From: Candidatus Latescibacterota bacterium
Lineage (GTDB): Bacteria > Latescibacterota > UBA2968 > GCA-2709665
DNA length: 64,000 bases
Assembly (NCBI GenBank): GCA_963667175.2
Contig: CAXXXF010000018.1
Coordinates: 192,001 to 256,000 of the forward strand
Direction: 5' to 3'
Shown: positions 20,737-30,074 of the stretch, in pieces
How positions within the stretch are numbered: the stretch's first letter is position 1
How the letters are laid out: each line of letters starts with the position of its first letter
The notes under the pieces: generated by a model
What the model was told of the DNA's origin: nothing
The model's input: the letters and a program-made list of their open reading frames with translations, nothing else
Database searches by the model: none
Made by a program: the position numbers and the translations under genes

Positions 20737-21515
20737 TTATTCCTCCGTTCGAGTCAGCGCGCGGATTCGGGCGATAATCGCCTCGACCGTCTCGGTGACC
20801 ACAGTAAGCAGCGCTAACCGATCCTCCACGACGACCTGTGCGCCTTCATGTCGGTAACGTACAGCATACCGGGTCAGCCACGTAAGCCGCTCGCCGGCGT
20901 CGGTGTCGTTTTCGGCGGAATGTTCACGATCGCGGCCAGGTCCGCCAGGTCGTGTGTATTGACGTAGTCCGCGTCGAGCGCGGAAATCCAGCCCTTCAGG
21001 GCGTTTTCAAGTGCCTGTTGTGCCGTAAATCCGATGAGTTCCTGAGAAGACCGGCGGTCTTCCGTGAGCACTTCCAGATCGCTGAGACAGCGCTGGGAAT
21101 TGGCAATGCGCTGCTTGATGTCGGGCCAGTTGCTCGGCGCCGGATTGTCGTAGTTTACTTTATCGCCATTGGTGTCGAAACCGTCGCGGACGGCCTGGCC
21201 CGCCACGTGGTTGCGCGCGCGGCGACCGTAATGGAAATCCACGACACTCATTTCGACGAGGTCGACGCCGACGGAACCGCCGTACAGCGCTCTGGCCTTG
21301 CCGTGAGCGATCGAACCGGCGCGTTGGTACGAGCCGTTGTCCAGGGGACCGGCGTCTGTAATGACGAGCAGATCGACGTCCGATTCCGGATTGAAATCGC
21401 CCCGGGCGCGTAAGCCGAACAGGATGACGCGGCCCGGATGGACCGCGTCGCCAACGGCTCGCGCCACGGCGCAGGCTTTCGGATCGGGTGCGTTACGTGT
21501 CGGGAGCTTTGCCAT
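20737..21515 (-). pseudogene. frameshifted MNT-HEPN fusion
   Basis: Paralog of 23060-23839. GSRARG has become GLRARG. A net 4-nt deletion near 20922 shifts the frame; the original frame continues ...YAVRYRH...RIRALTRTEE* to the TAA at 20737. Confidence 0.85.
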
Positions 21516-21597
21516 TGTAGACGTAACCCTTTTGCGCCGCTTGGCCGTTTTGCGTCCAACCGCCGAGCGGCGTCAGGGACTTGATTGAGGTCTCGGC

Positions 21598-22965
21598 TCA
21601 GCCCGTCCAGGGCCCGGTGATGGCCAGGGTAATTCCGGGCGACTGGATGTTGGCGAAGAGCGTGCGGCCGTCGGGCGAGAACGTGGCGCCTGCGAACTCG
21701 GACTCGTTAAAGGCGTTGCGGCCGAGCTTGTAGAGCCGCCCCTCCGGAGTGACCCCCACCAGGTGGTTGTCCCCGCCGCCGTCCTCGCACAGCACGAGGT
21801 CGCCCCAGGGCGCCACCGTCAGGTTGTCGCAGTTCTCCACCAGGTTGCCGTCGTTGGGCTCGATGAACAGCTCCAGCGTCCCGGGCGAGGCCGTCTCGTC
21901 GGACGTCCCCTCGCCGGGGCCTGGCTCGTAACGCCACACCTGCCCCTTCTTCTCCCTGCCGCCGCTGGTGCAGGCAAAGTAGACGGCCTCCCGGCCGTAC
22001 CACATGCCCTCGCCGCGGGCGAATCGGGCGGCGCCTTTGTCGAATCCCTGGTTGCGCAGGTCATTGTTCGGGGACTCCACGTCCTCCACGTCGACCCAGG
22101 CCGCGGCCAGGCGGTCCCCGGGAGCGACGGTCTGCGACTCGTGGTTGGTCGTGTCCATGCTCGGCCGGTCGCGGGCCATGAGCGCCTGCAGCCGGCCACC
22201 GGCCGCGAGATTCCCGGGCTCGTCGGGCAGGTAGCGGTAGATGAGGCCGTCGCCGGCGTCCTCGGTCTGATAGACGATGCCCGTCGCCGGATGGACGGCC
22301 ACGGCCTCATGGTTGAAGCGGCCCATCGCCTTCAGGGCCACCGGATCCGCCGGCCCCGTGGCCGGTCCCACCGGGACCTCGAAGTTGTACCCGTGGTCCT
22401 GTTCGTGGTTGTCGTCCGCGCGCTGGGTCGTCTCCTCGCAGGTGATCCAGCTTCCCCAGGGCGTGAGGCCGCCGGCGCAGTTGCGCACGGTACCGGCGAG
22501 GCTGAGATAGTGTTTCTCCGGCTCACCGGAGGGGCCGAGCACGAAGGTCGTCGTCCCTCCCTGCGGCGGGTCTCCGCGGCCCCAGTCGTAGAACCGCTCG
22601 CGCGGCAGCTTGCCGAGACGCTCGTTCTCATCGCCGAAGGCGCCGACCTTGCGGGCCCCCGCACCGAGTTCGTGGTTGCAGACCAGCAGGGTCCGTCCCT
22701 CCGCCCCGGGAAAGGCGGCCATGGCGTCGGGCAGCCCCGGCGCCCGCAGGCCATCGTCCATCTCGACGCCCGTGCGGGAGATCACCCGGTAGGTGAAGCC
22801 CGCGGGCAGGTCGACGATCCCATCCGGATCCGGTCGCATGGGGCCGTAGCCCGCGGCGATCCTCTCATCGGGGGCCTCCCCCCAGACCACATGGTGCTGC
22901 AGCCCCTGGAATCCCAGGGTGACGGCGGCAGCTGACTTCAGGAACTGCCTTCTGGAGACGGGCAT
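21598..22965 (-). CDS. phoX: Tat-exported alkaline phosphatase PhoX family (DUF839)
   Basis: SRRQFLK Tat motif; NHE, NCAGG.TPWGSWITCEE, GRFNHEA, DNL, LCED, EFAG, NIQSPG. Confidence 0.88.
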   Translation of the reverse strand: MPVSRRQFLKSAAAVTLGFQGLQHHVVWGEAPDERIAAGYGPMRPDPDGIVDLPAGFTYRVISRTGVEMDDGLRAPGLPDAMAAFPGAEGRTLLVCNHELGAGARKVGAFGDENERLGKLPRERFYDWGRGDPPQGGTTTFVLGPSGEPEKHYLSLAGTVRNCAGGLTPWGSWITCEETTQRADDNHEQDHGYNFEVPVGPATGPADPVALKAMGRFNHEAVAVHPATGIVYQTEDAGDGLIYRYLPDEPGNLAAGGRLQALMARDRPSMDTTNHESQTVAPGDRLAAAWVDVEDVESPNNDLRNQGFDKGAARFARGEGMWYGREAVYFACTSGGREKKGQVWRYEPGPGEGTSDETASPGTLELFIEPNDGNLVENCDNLTVAPWGDLVLCEDGGGDNHLVGVTPEGRLYKLGRNAFNESEFAGATFSPDGRTLFANIQSPGITLAITGPWTG

Positions 22966-23059
22966 CTACTCGATCCTCCCTCAGTATTCAACATACAAAT
23001 TCAAATCACCGGGCTCCAGTTTGGAGCGGAATGCGTTTCTACGGGTTGAAACCGGGTAG

Positions 23060-23839
23060 CTACTCCTCCGCTTCGATCAACGCGCGGATTCGGTCGACGA
23101 TAGCGGTGACGGTCGCGGTCACGTCCTCGAGCAGTTCGGTGCGGTCGTGCAGGAGGACTGCCGCGCCAGCATAGCGATATCTCACCGCATACGCCGTCAG
23201 CCACGCCAGCCGCTCGCCGGCGTCGGTGTTGTTTTCGGCGGGATGCCGACGCACGGTCGCGGCCAGGTCCGCCAGATCGTGTGTATTGCCGTAATCCGCG
23301 TCGAGCGCGGAAATCCAGCCCTTCAGCGCGTTTTCGAATGCCTGTTGCGCGTGAAAGCCGATGGCTTCCTGCGCGGAATTCGCCTCTACCAGATCCTTCA
23401 GAACGCCGAGTTCCCGCTCGGTATTGGCAATGCGCTGCTTTACGTCGGGCCAGTTGCTCGGCTGCGTATTGTCGTAGTTTACTTTGTCACCATTGGTATC
23501 GAAACCGTCGCGGACGGCCTGCCCGGCCACATGGTTGCGTGCGCGACGACCGTAATGGAAATCTCCGTCGGTCATCCGGACGAGATCGACGCCGATAGTA
23601 CCGCCGTACAGCTTTTCGGCCTTGCCGTGAGCGATCGAACTGGCGCGCTGGTACGCGCCATTGTCCCGGGGATCGGAGTCGGTAATGACGAGCAGGTCGA
23701 CGTCCGAATCCGCGCCGAAGTCGCCGCGGGCCCGCGAACCGAACAGGATGACCCGGTCCGGATGGACCGCGTCGCCAACGGCGCGGGCCACTTCGCATGC
23801 TCTCGGGTCGGGTGACAGGCGGTCTGGTGTCACCGGCAT
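23060..23839 (-). CDS. fused minimal nucleotidyltransferase (MNT)-HEPN protein
   Basis: ILFGSRARGD...DSDVDLL, GVDL; HEPN part GFHAQQAFENALKG, THDL, YAVRYRY; GAGG RBS before ATG 23839. Confidence 0.88.
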   Translation of the reverse strand: MPVTPDRLSPDPRACEVARAVGDAVHPDRVILFGSRARGDFGADSDVDLLVITDSDPRDNGAYQRASSIAHGKAEKLYGGTIGVDLVRMTDGDFHYGRRARNHVAGQAVRDGFDTNGDKVNYDNTQPSNWPDVKQRIANTERELGVLKDLVEANSAQEAIGFHAQQAFENALKGWISALDADYGNTHDLADLAATVRRHPAENNTDAGERLAWLTAYAVRYRYAGAAVLLHDRTELLEDVTATVTAIVDRIRALIEAEE

Positions 23840-23873
23840 GGTTGATTCACCTCTGCGGGGTACGGACGTCGCG

Positions 23874-23901
23874 GTAGGGGCGACCGGCCGGTCGCCCCTA
23901 C
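23874..23901. repeat. perfect 28-bp GTAG-type REP palindrome
   Basis: GTAGGGGCGACCGG|CCGGTCGCCCCTAC. Confidence 0.85.
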
Positions 23902-23995
23902 AACAAGATTCTGGCATCCGGGAGGAGAGGCCTGCGCCACTTCCGATCCTGCCGCTTCTTGGCGCTAACGTTAATGGATTGTGTTCTTGACTCAA

Positions 23996-24104
23996 GCTGA
24001 CTGCTGATCGCTGACTGCTAATAGCTGTTCTTTCCCTTTGTGTCTTTGTGTCTCCGTGTGAGTTGGTTTTCGCTTCTATCCTGCTAATCCTGTGCACCCA
24101 TGTT
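23996..24104. repeat. stacked short tandem repeats (7-, 8- and 9-mers)
   Basis: GCTGACT-like x5 (23996-24030); CTTTGTGT-like x3 (24036-24059); ATCCTGCTA-like x3 (24078-24104). Confidence 0.75.
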
Positions 24105-24133
24105 GGTACCGGACTATGATTTAATGAAGACGA

Positions 24134-24370
24134 TCAGACACGTTTTGCGACTTCGGGCCGGATCTCTTCGTACTCCGGAAAGCGGCCTTCCTTGAGCTTG
24201 GAAAAGGCGAGTTTACCGTCGATGGTGATTTCGAACTTTCCACCGCCGGAAGGAATGAGCGTGACGCCTTCGACGTCCTGCTTGAACTCTCTGAGGAGTC
24301 TGTCCGTCAAACTGACGGTCTCGTCTTCGTAGCCTCAAGCCGCGCAGTATTCGATGTCGATTCTTGGCAT
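24134..24370 (-). CDS. SelW/SelT/SelH (Rdx) family selenoprotein with CxxU
   Basis: MPRIDIEYCAA-UGA-GYEDETVSL...IPSGGGKFEITIDGKLAFSKLKEGRFPEYEE; the frame stays open after the TGA at 24337-24335; AAGGAGG RBS. Confidence 0.9.
24304..24318 (-). promoter_or_regulatory. putative bacterial SECIS hairpin
   Basis: CCGTCA-GTT-TGACGG starts 16 nt after the UGA, with G in the apical loop. Confidence 0.7.
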
Positions 24371-24443
24371 CTGGCGCCTCCTTGACGTGTGCGGATGAAA
24401 TCCGATTTCGGGTTGGATATCGAGTGAATCGCAGGGCTGATTT

Positions 24444-24472
24444 AATATATCTCGTTCCGCCGGGATTGTCAA
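24444..24472 (-). promoter_or_regulatory. sigma70-type promoter for the selenoprotein gene
   Basis: TTGACA-N17-TATATT. Confidence 0.65.
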
Positions 24473-24504
24473 TACGGGGGTCGCGGAAGACGTCATGATT
24501 CCGC

Positions 24505-24533
24505 TTGACCGGCGCCATTGCGAGGTATAGATT
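24505..24533 (+). promoter_or_regulatory. sigma70-type promoter
   Basis: TTGACC-N17-TAGATT upstream of ATG 24577. Confidence 0.5.
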
Positions 24534-24576
24534 GCGTTGGCATTCGGGGCGGTCGTCGGCATGGAAAAAGGAGTGC

Positions 24577-26091
24577 ATGATGTCTGCACAACGGGCGTAC
24601 GAAGATCTCATCGGCAGGTGGAAGGAACTGCAGGTGCTGGAATCCTGCGCGGCCGTGCTCGGGTGGGACGAACGCACCTATATGCCCCGGGGGGGCGCCG
24701 CTCACCGCGCCGAACAGCACGCCCTTCTGGCCGGGATGGCGCACGAGCGGGCGACGGCGCCCGCGGTGGGGGATTTGCTGTCGCGGGTCGAGGCGGACGT
24801 CAACGGCTTCGAAGCGGATTCAGCGGCTGCCGTCAACGTAAGGGAAATCCGACGGGAATACGACCGGAGGACGAAGTTGCCGCGGTCCCTGGTGGTGGCG
24901 CTGGCGAAGGCGACGACGTTCGCTGAACAGGCATGGAAGGAGGCGCGTGAGGTCTCCGCGTTCGAGCCGTTTCGCCCTCACCTGGAGGAAGTCGTGCGGC
25001 TTACCCGGGACGTGGCCGAGGCGCTCAGGGATGGCGGCTCGTTGTACGACGCGCTTCTGGACCGATTTGAACCTTGCGAGACATCCGACAATCTAAAGAG
25101 GGTATTCGGGGCGCTCCGAGACGAACTGGCGCCGCTCGTCGCGGCAATCGTGGAATCGGGAACAGAACCGGACGCTTCGATCCTGACGCGGGAGTATCCC
25201 GTGGATAAGCAGGCCGCATTCGGCACCGTTGCCGCGGAGGCCATCGGTTTCGACTTCGAGCGTGGGCGACTGGATGAAACGGCGCATCCGTTCTGTTCGG
25301 GGATCGGCCCGGGAGATACCCGAATTACGACCCGCTACGACCGAAACCAGTTTGCGCAGGCCTTCTTCGGGACCCTTCACGAGACCGGCCACGGCCTGTA
25401 CGAGCAGGGTCTCGACGTCGCGCATTTCGGGACGCCGATGGGCGACGCCGTATCCCTGGGGATTCACGAGTCCCAGTCCAGGACGTGGGAGAATTTCGTA
25501 GGGCGCAGCCGGGCATTCTGGACGCATTTCTTCCCGCAGGCGCGGGACGTCTTTCCCGCGGCGCTGGATGGCGTTTCGCCGGACGCGTTCTATTTTTCGG
25601 TCAATGACGTGCGGCCGTCGTTTATTCGCGTGGAGGCCGACGAGGCGACGTACAATCTTCACATACTGCTGCGGTTCGCGCTGGAAGAGGCGCTGGTGGA
25701 GGGCGATCTTCCGGTAGCAGACGTTCCTGGCGCCTGGAACGAGCGGTTCGAGCGGGATTTCGGATTGAAGCCGCCCGACGATGGGCGCGGATGCCTTCAG
25801 GACGTGCACTGGAGCGCCGGATTGATCGGATATTTCCCCACCTATACGTTGGGCAATCTCTATGCCGCCCAGTTTTTCGAAGCCGCCCGAAGGGACCTGG
25901 GCGATCTCGAGGGGCACTTCGCCCGGGGGGAATTCGAACCGTTGCTGATGTGGCTGAGGGAGCGGATTCATCGGCACGGGAATCGCTACCGGGCGTCGGA
26001 ACTGGTGGAGAAGGTCACGGGAAACCCTCTGGATCACCGGGCGTTGATGGCGCACCTGAAGGCGAAATTCGGACAGTTATATGGGGTCTGA
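24577..26091 (+). CDS. carboxypeptidase M32 (Taq-like)
   Basis: HPF, DTRITTRY, HETGH, IHESQS, IRVEADE, GCLQDVHW, GYFPTYTLGN. Confidence 0.95.
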   Translation: MMSAQRAYEDLIGRWKELQVLESCAAVLGWDERTYMPRGGAAHRAEQHALLAGMAHERATAPAVGDLLSRVEADVNGFEADSAAAVNVREIRREYDRRTKLPRSLVVALAKATTFAEQAWKEAREVSAFEPFRPHLEEVVRLTRDVAEALRDGGSLYDALLDRFEPCETSDNLKRVFGALRDELAPLVAAIVESGTEPDASILTREYPVDKQAAFGTVAAEAIGFDFERGRLDETAHPFCSGIGPGDTRITTRYDRNQFAQAFFGTLHETGHGLYEQGLDVAHFGTPMGDAVSLGIHESQSRTWENFVGRSRAFWTHFFPQARDVFPAALDGVSPDAFYFSVNDVRPSFIRVEADEATYNLHILLRFALEEALVEGDLPVADVPGAWNERFERDFGLKPPDDGRGCLQDVHWSAGLIGYFPTYTLGNLYAAQFFEAARRDLGDLEGHFARGEFEPLLMWLRERIHRHGNRYRASELVEKVTGNPLDHRALMAHLKAKFGQLYGV

Positions 26092-27040
26092 GCCACTGAT
26101 CAGGCGTCCGGTGATTCTGGACGCGGACCCCGGCGTGGACGACGCCCTGGCGATGATGCTGGCGCTGGGCGCCCCGGAACTGGAGGTGCTTGGCATCTGT
26201 ACCGTGTGCGGCAACGTGCCGATGGAAGTCGGAACCGGAAACGCGCTGAAGTTGCTTGCATTGGTGGATCGCGGAGACGTGCCGGTTTACGCGGGCGCCT
26301 GTCGTCCGCTGAAGAGGAAAGCCGTATACGCCACCGAGGTGCACGGCAAGGGAGGATTGGGCGACGCAGTTTTACCTCCGATCAGCCGGCCGTCATCGGG
26401 CGACGCGGTCACGTTTATCGTTGAAACCCTTTCGGCCCGGCCCGGGCATGTGACGTTGATCGCCGTCGGGCCGCTGACCAACCTGGCGCTGGCCGAATCG
26501 CGGATGCCCGGGGTGTTGAAAAAAGCCCGGGAAGTGTGCGTGATGGGCGGCGCCGTGGACGAGCCGGGTAACGTGACGCCCGCGGCGGAGTTCAACTTTT
26601 TCGCCGATCCTGACGCCGCGCGGCAGGTGGTGCGCTCCGGGGCAACCATTGCGCTTGTGCCTCTGGACGCGACCCATCGCGTGGCGCTGGAAGACGCGCA
26701 CCTGGCAGGCATGCCGGCAACGCCCGCGGGTCGCTTTGTGAGAGACGCGGTGAGACCGGCCATGGATCATGCGATGCGGGTCCAGGGCCGGCGTCGTTTC
26801 TTTCTGCACGATCCGTTGGCGGCAGGACTGGCGATCGATCCGTCGTTCTTCAGAATCGAGACGGTGCGTGCGGACGTTGAGTCAGAGGGAGATCTCACTT
26901 CAGGGCAGGTGGTGGCGGACCGGCGGTCGTTCTCCAGGGAGGAAGACCGGATGGGACTGCCGCTAAAATGCGCGCTGGACGTGGACGCCGGTCGTTTTCT
27001 GGCGTTTTTTCTGTCCCGGATCTTTCAGGCAAACGTGTAG
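26081..27040 (+). CDS. nucleoside hydrolase (IUNH family)
   Basis: DADPGVDDA, GPLTNLA, GNVTPAAEFN, LHDPLA. Confidence 0.93.
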   Translation: MGSEPLIRRPVILDADPGVDDALAMMLALGAPELEVLGICTVCGNVPMEVGTGNALKLLALVDRGDVPVYAGACRPLKRKAVYATEVHGKGGLGDAVLPPISRPSSGDAVTFIVETLSARPGHVTLIAVGPLTNLALAESRMPGVLKKAREVCVMGGAVDEPGNVTPAAEFNFFADPDAARQVVRSGATIALVPLDATHRVALEDAHLAGMPATPAGRFVRDAVRPAMDHAMRVQGRRRFFLHDPLAAGLAIDPSFFRIETVRADVESEGDLTSGQVVADRRSFSREEDRMGLPLKCALDVDAGRFLAFFLSRIFQANV

Positions 27041-27056
27041 AAGAGGACAATCCGGC

Positions 27057-27803
27057 TTGAAAGGGATTATCATCGGCGCGGGTCGCGGCATCCGATTGAT
27101 GCCACACACGAAAGACGCGCCGAAATGTCTTGCCGAAGTGAAAGGCAGGCGGATTCTGGATTGGGGCCTCGAGGCCCTGCGGGCGGCCGGGTTGCGCGAT
27201 ATCGTGTTCATCGGCGGCTACCGCATCGAGCGGGTGCAGGCCGAATATCCCGGCCTTACGTATTGTCACAACGCGGACTGGTCCAATAACAACGTCCTGG
27301 TGTCCCTCATGCACGCGGAATTCCATATGGACGACGGCTTCGTCTGCGCGTATTCCGATATTCTCTACAGGCCTGAGATCGTCGTGAATCTGATGGAAAG
27401 CGTGAATGAGATCACGTTGGTCTGCGACACGGCCTGGCGCGCACGCTACAGGAAGCGGATCGAGCATCCCGAGAACGATGCGGAGAAGATGGCCTCCATG
27501 GGCAATCGGGTGGTCGCCATCGGACGGAACATACCGGGCGCAATTGCTCACGGCGAGTACACGGGCATCGCCCGGTTCGGGCGAGACGGGTCCATGCAGT
27601 TGCGGGAGGCCTTTCACCGGGCGAAGACCCGATACAACGGCAGACCGTTTCAATCGGCCGCCACCTTTCAGAAAGCGTATCTGATCGACCTCTATCAGGA
27701 GATGCTGGAAGCGAAGGTCCCAATGCACCTGATGGAGACGGCGGGCGGATATCTGGAGATCGATACGAATCAGGATTTTGAGATCGCACGAAAGGAATGG
27801 TAG
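27057..27803 (+). CDS. phosphocholine/phosphonate cytidylyltransferase-family NTP transferase
   Basis: IIIGAGRGIRL...PKCL, YSDI, GEYTGI, EIDT. Confidence 0.82.
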   Translation: MKGIIIGAGRGIRLMPHTKDAPKCLAEVKGRRILDWGLEALRAAGLRDIVFIGGYRIERVQAEYPGLTYCHNADWSNNNVLVSLMHAEFHMDDGFVCAYSDILYRPEIVVNLMESVNEITLVCDTAWRARYRKRIEHPENDAEKMASMGNRVVAIGRNIPGAIAHGEYTGIARFGRDGSMQLREAFHRAKTRYNGRPFQSAATFQKAYLIDLYQEMLEAKVPMHLMETAGGYLEIDTNQDFEIARKEW

Positions 27804-27806
27804 GGT

Positions 27807-28868
27807 ATGATAAGCGAGCACGTTCCGTTTCCGGCGGGCATTGTGGGAAGCATGCCGCGTTCGCAATTTGTGCGCGACCTGCTGGACCCGGATCGTGCGC
27901 CCGAAGATCCCTCGGAGTTCTCAACGCGGATGGATGCATCGGTGGACTACGTCCTCGCGCTGCAGGAGGCCGCCGGATTGGACGTCGTTTCCGATGGGGA
28001 GTACCGCCGAAGGTCCTATATCGGCATTATCGCGGATGTGGCGGACGGGTTTGTGCGGGAGCGGAAAGAAGGAGTGTGGTGGCACACGGTCGTGGCGCCT
28101 GTGGTCGCAAAGACGACGGGTCTCGCCGCTGCGGAGGCGGAATATCTCCGGGCACGGACTCAGAAGGCGATCAAGGTGTGCCTGCCCTCACCATATCTCC
28201 TGGGCCAGCGGATGTGGCACCCGAAACGTTCGCGCGGCGCGTATCCCACCCGGGAGGCGTTCATGCGTGCGCTGGTACCCGTGCTTCGGGACGAACTGCT
28301 GCTGCTCCGGGACGCGGGCGCCGATACAGTCCAGTTCGACGATCCGCATCTCTGTCTGTTTGTGGATCCCCGCGTGCGCGGAAGGTACGCAGACCCCGAT
28401 CGGGAGATGGACCTCTGTGTGGATCTCATGAACCAGATTGTGGATGGCGTCGAGGGGATGGCCGTGGCCGTGCATCTGTGCCGGAGAAACAAGGGGCGGG
28501 CAGGTTGGGTCGGGCAGGGAGGTTACGGTCCGATTCTGCCCGCGTTGCTGCGACTGAACGTGGATCAATACGTGATGGAGTTTACCGTTCCTGTCGCGGG
28601 CGATCTGGACGTATTGAAACGGATTCCGGAAGACCGGCAGGTGGGACTGGGCTGCGTGGACTGCAGGTCTCCCCGGATCGATTCCGTTGCCGAAATTGTC
28701 CATCGCGTGGAACAGGCCCTCGAATTCCTGCGTCCCGATCAGATATTTCTGAATCCCGACTGCGGCTTTGCGCCGGGCAACGCGGCCGAGATTCCGGTTG
28801 AAGAGGCGTACGCCAAGCTCCGCAACGAGGCGAGAGCAGCCGAAATCCTGAGGGAGAAATACGGGTAG
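27807..28868 (+). CDS. cobalamin-independent methionine synthase II family (single catalytic barrel)
   Basis: VGSMPR, SDGEYRR, QFDDP; Zn ligands in HLC, VMEF and NPDCGF. Confidence 0.85.
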   Translation: MISEHVPFPAGIVGSMPRSQFVRDLLDPDRAPEDPSEFSTRMDASVDYVLALQEAAGLDVVSDGEYRRRSYIGIIADVADGFVRERKEGVWWHTVVAPVVAKTTGLAAAEAEYLRARTQKAIKVCLPSPYLLGQRMWHPKRSRGAYPTREAFMRALVPVLRDELLLLRDAGADTVQFDDPHLCLFVDPRVRGRYADPDREMDLCVDLMNQIVDGVEGMAVAVHLCRRNKGRAGWVGQGGYGPILPALLRLNVDQYVMEFTVPVAGDLDVLKRIPEDRQVGLGCVDCRSPRIDSVAEIVHRVEQALEFLRPDQIFLNPDCGFAPGNAAEIPVEEAYAKLRNEARAAEILREKYG

Positions 28869-28872
28869 GAAC

Positions 28873-29832
28873 TCATGGATTCTTCCGGAGATGGAGGTAG
28901 GACTCGTACCGTTGGCGGGATACTTCCTCCATGTCGACGGCGTCTCTGACGATGCAGCCGGGCTCCCGGACGTGGGTGCAGTTCCGAAAACGACAGTGTC
29001 CGGGAAGGCCCCGGAATTCAGGAAACAGCCCATCGATTTCTTCCGGGTCGATCTCCCACAGGTGGAATTCCCTCACGCCCGGCAGGTCGCCGACCATGCC
29101 GCCGGTTTCGAGTTCCACGAGTTCCGTGTGAGTGGTCGTGTGCCGGCCTTCGCCGGTGGTTGCGCTGATTTCGCTCGTCCGCAAGCCGAGGCCAGGCTGC
29201 AGCCAGTTCAGCAGGCTGGATTTGCCGACGCCGGATGGCCCCATAAAGAGCGAAGTCCGGTCCTTCAGGAGGTCCAGGAACGCTTCTTTGCCCCTGTCGG
29301 TGACGATACTGGTGAGCACAATCGGGTATCCGATCTGTTCGTAGGTCGAAGCCGTCGCCTCGAAATCGTCGGGGCAGGGCAGGTCCAGTTTGTTGAAGCA
29401 GACGGCGGCCGGTATCTCGCACGATTCCGCGACGGCCAGCATACGGTCCAGCATGATCCAGTCCGGCGGCGGCTCCGCCACCGAGAAGACCGGGAGGAGT
29501 TGATCGATATTGGCGGCCAGAATCTGTTCTCTGCGCGAACTTCCGGACGCCCTTCGAGAGATCTTGTTCCGCCTCGGAAGGACTTCACGGATCAGACCGG
29601 TATTCCCTTCGCCGCTATCTATCCGGACGCGGTCGCCGATGGCAACGGGGTCCACGACCCGGGCGCGGCGGACGGCTTGTACCCGTTTTCGACGCGAACC
29701 GGGCGATGCCTCGGGATATTGAAGCTGTTTGCGCAGTCTGCTGGAAATGGCGCAGTCGACCACCCCGTTTCCGGTGGCGACGTGGTAATGCCTTCGGTGT
29801 TCACGGATTACGGTGCCTTCAATGGTTTCCAT
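28873..29832 (-). CDS. rsgA: small ribosomal subunit biogenesis GTPase
   Basis: NKLD, GPSGVGKSS, GRHTTT, DLPG, Zn finger CRFRNCTHVREPGC. Confidence 0.96.
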   Translation of the reverse strand: METIEGTVIREHRRHYHVATGNGVVDCAISSRLRKQLQYPEASPGSRRKRVQAVRRARVVDPVAIGDRVRIDSGEGNTGLIREVLPRRNKISRRASGSSRREQILAANIDQLLPVFSVAEPPPDWIMLDRMLAVAESCEIPAAVCFNKLDLPCPDDFEATASTYEQIGYPIVLTSIVTDRGKEAFLDLLKDRTSLFMGPSGVGKSSLLNWLQPGLGLRTSEISATTGEGRHTTTHTELVELETGGMVGDLPGVREFHLWEIDPEEIDGLFPEFRGLPGHCRFRNCTHVREPGCIVRDAVDMEEVSRQRYESYLHLRKNP

Positions 29833-30074
29833 AATAGGTCCGGGCAGGTGCGGATGACTCGCTCCTCCCGTGTTGTCTTTTTCTCAAGATGCTGTAAAAA
29901 TAGACGTTATGGACAAAACCGGACTTCAATGCAGCAGCCGGAGAGCGCGGAAAATTAAGCGCTGAGGAATCATTGTCAAGAAAAAAGACAACGTAAAGCC
30001 GATTCGGGAGACAGCATCGAGAGGCTACGTGAATCGGGTTGACTTTGTCGGGACGTTTGTTATTATTTTCTAAA

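Noticed and set aside
23840-24097. N-terminal extension of MNT-HEPN given in the ORF track
   Set aside because: It translates the REP and tandem repeats; the paralog and the RBS indicate a start at 23839.
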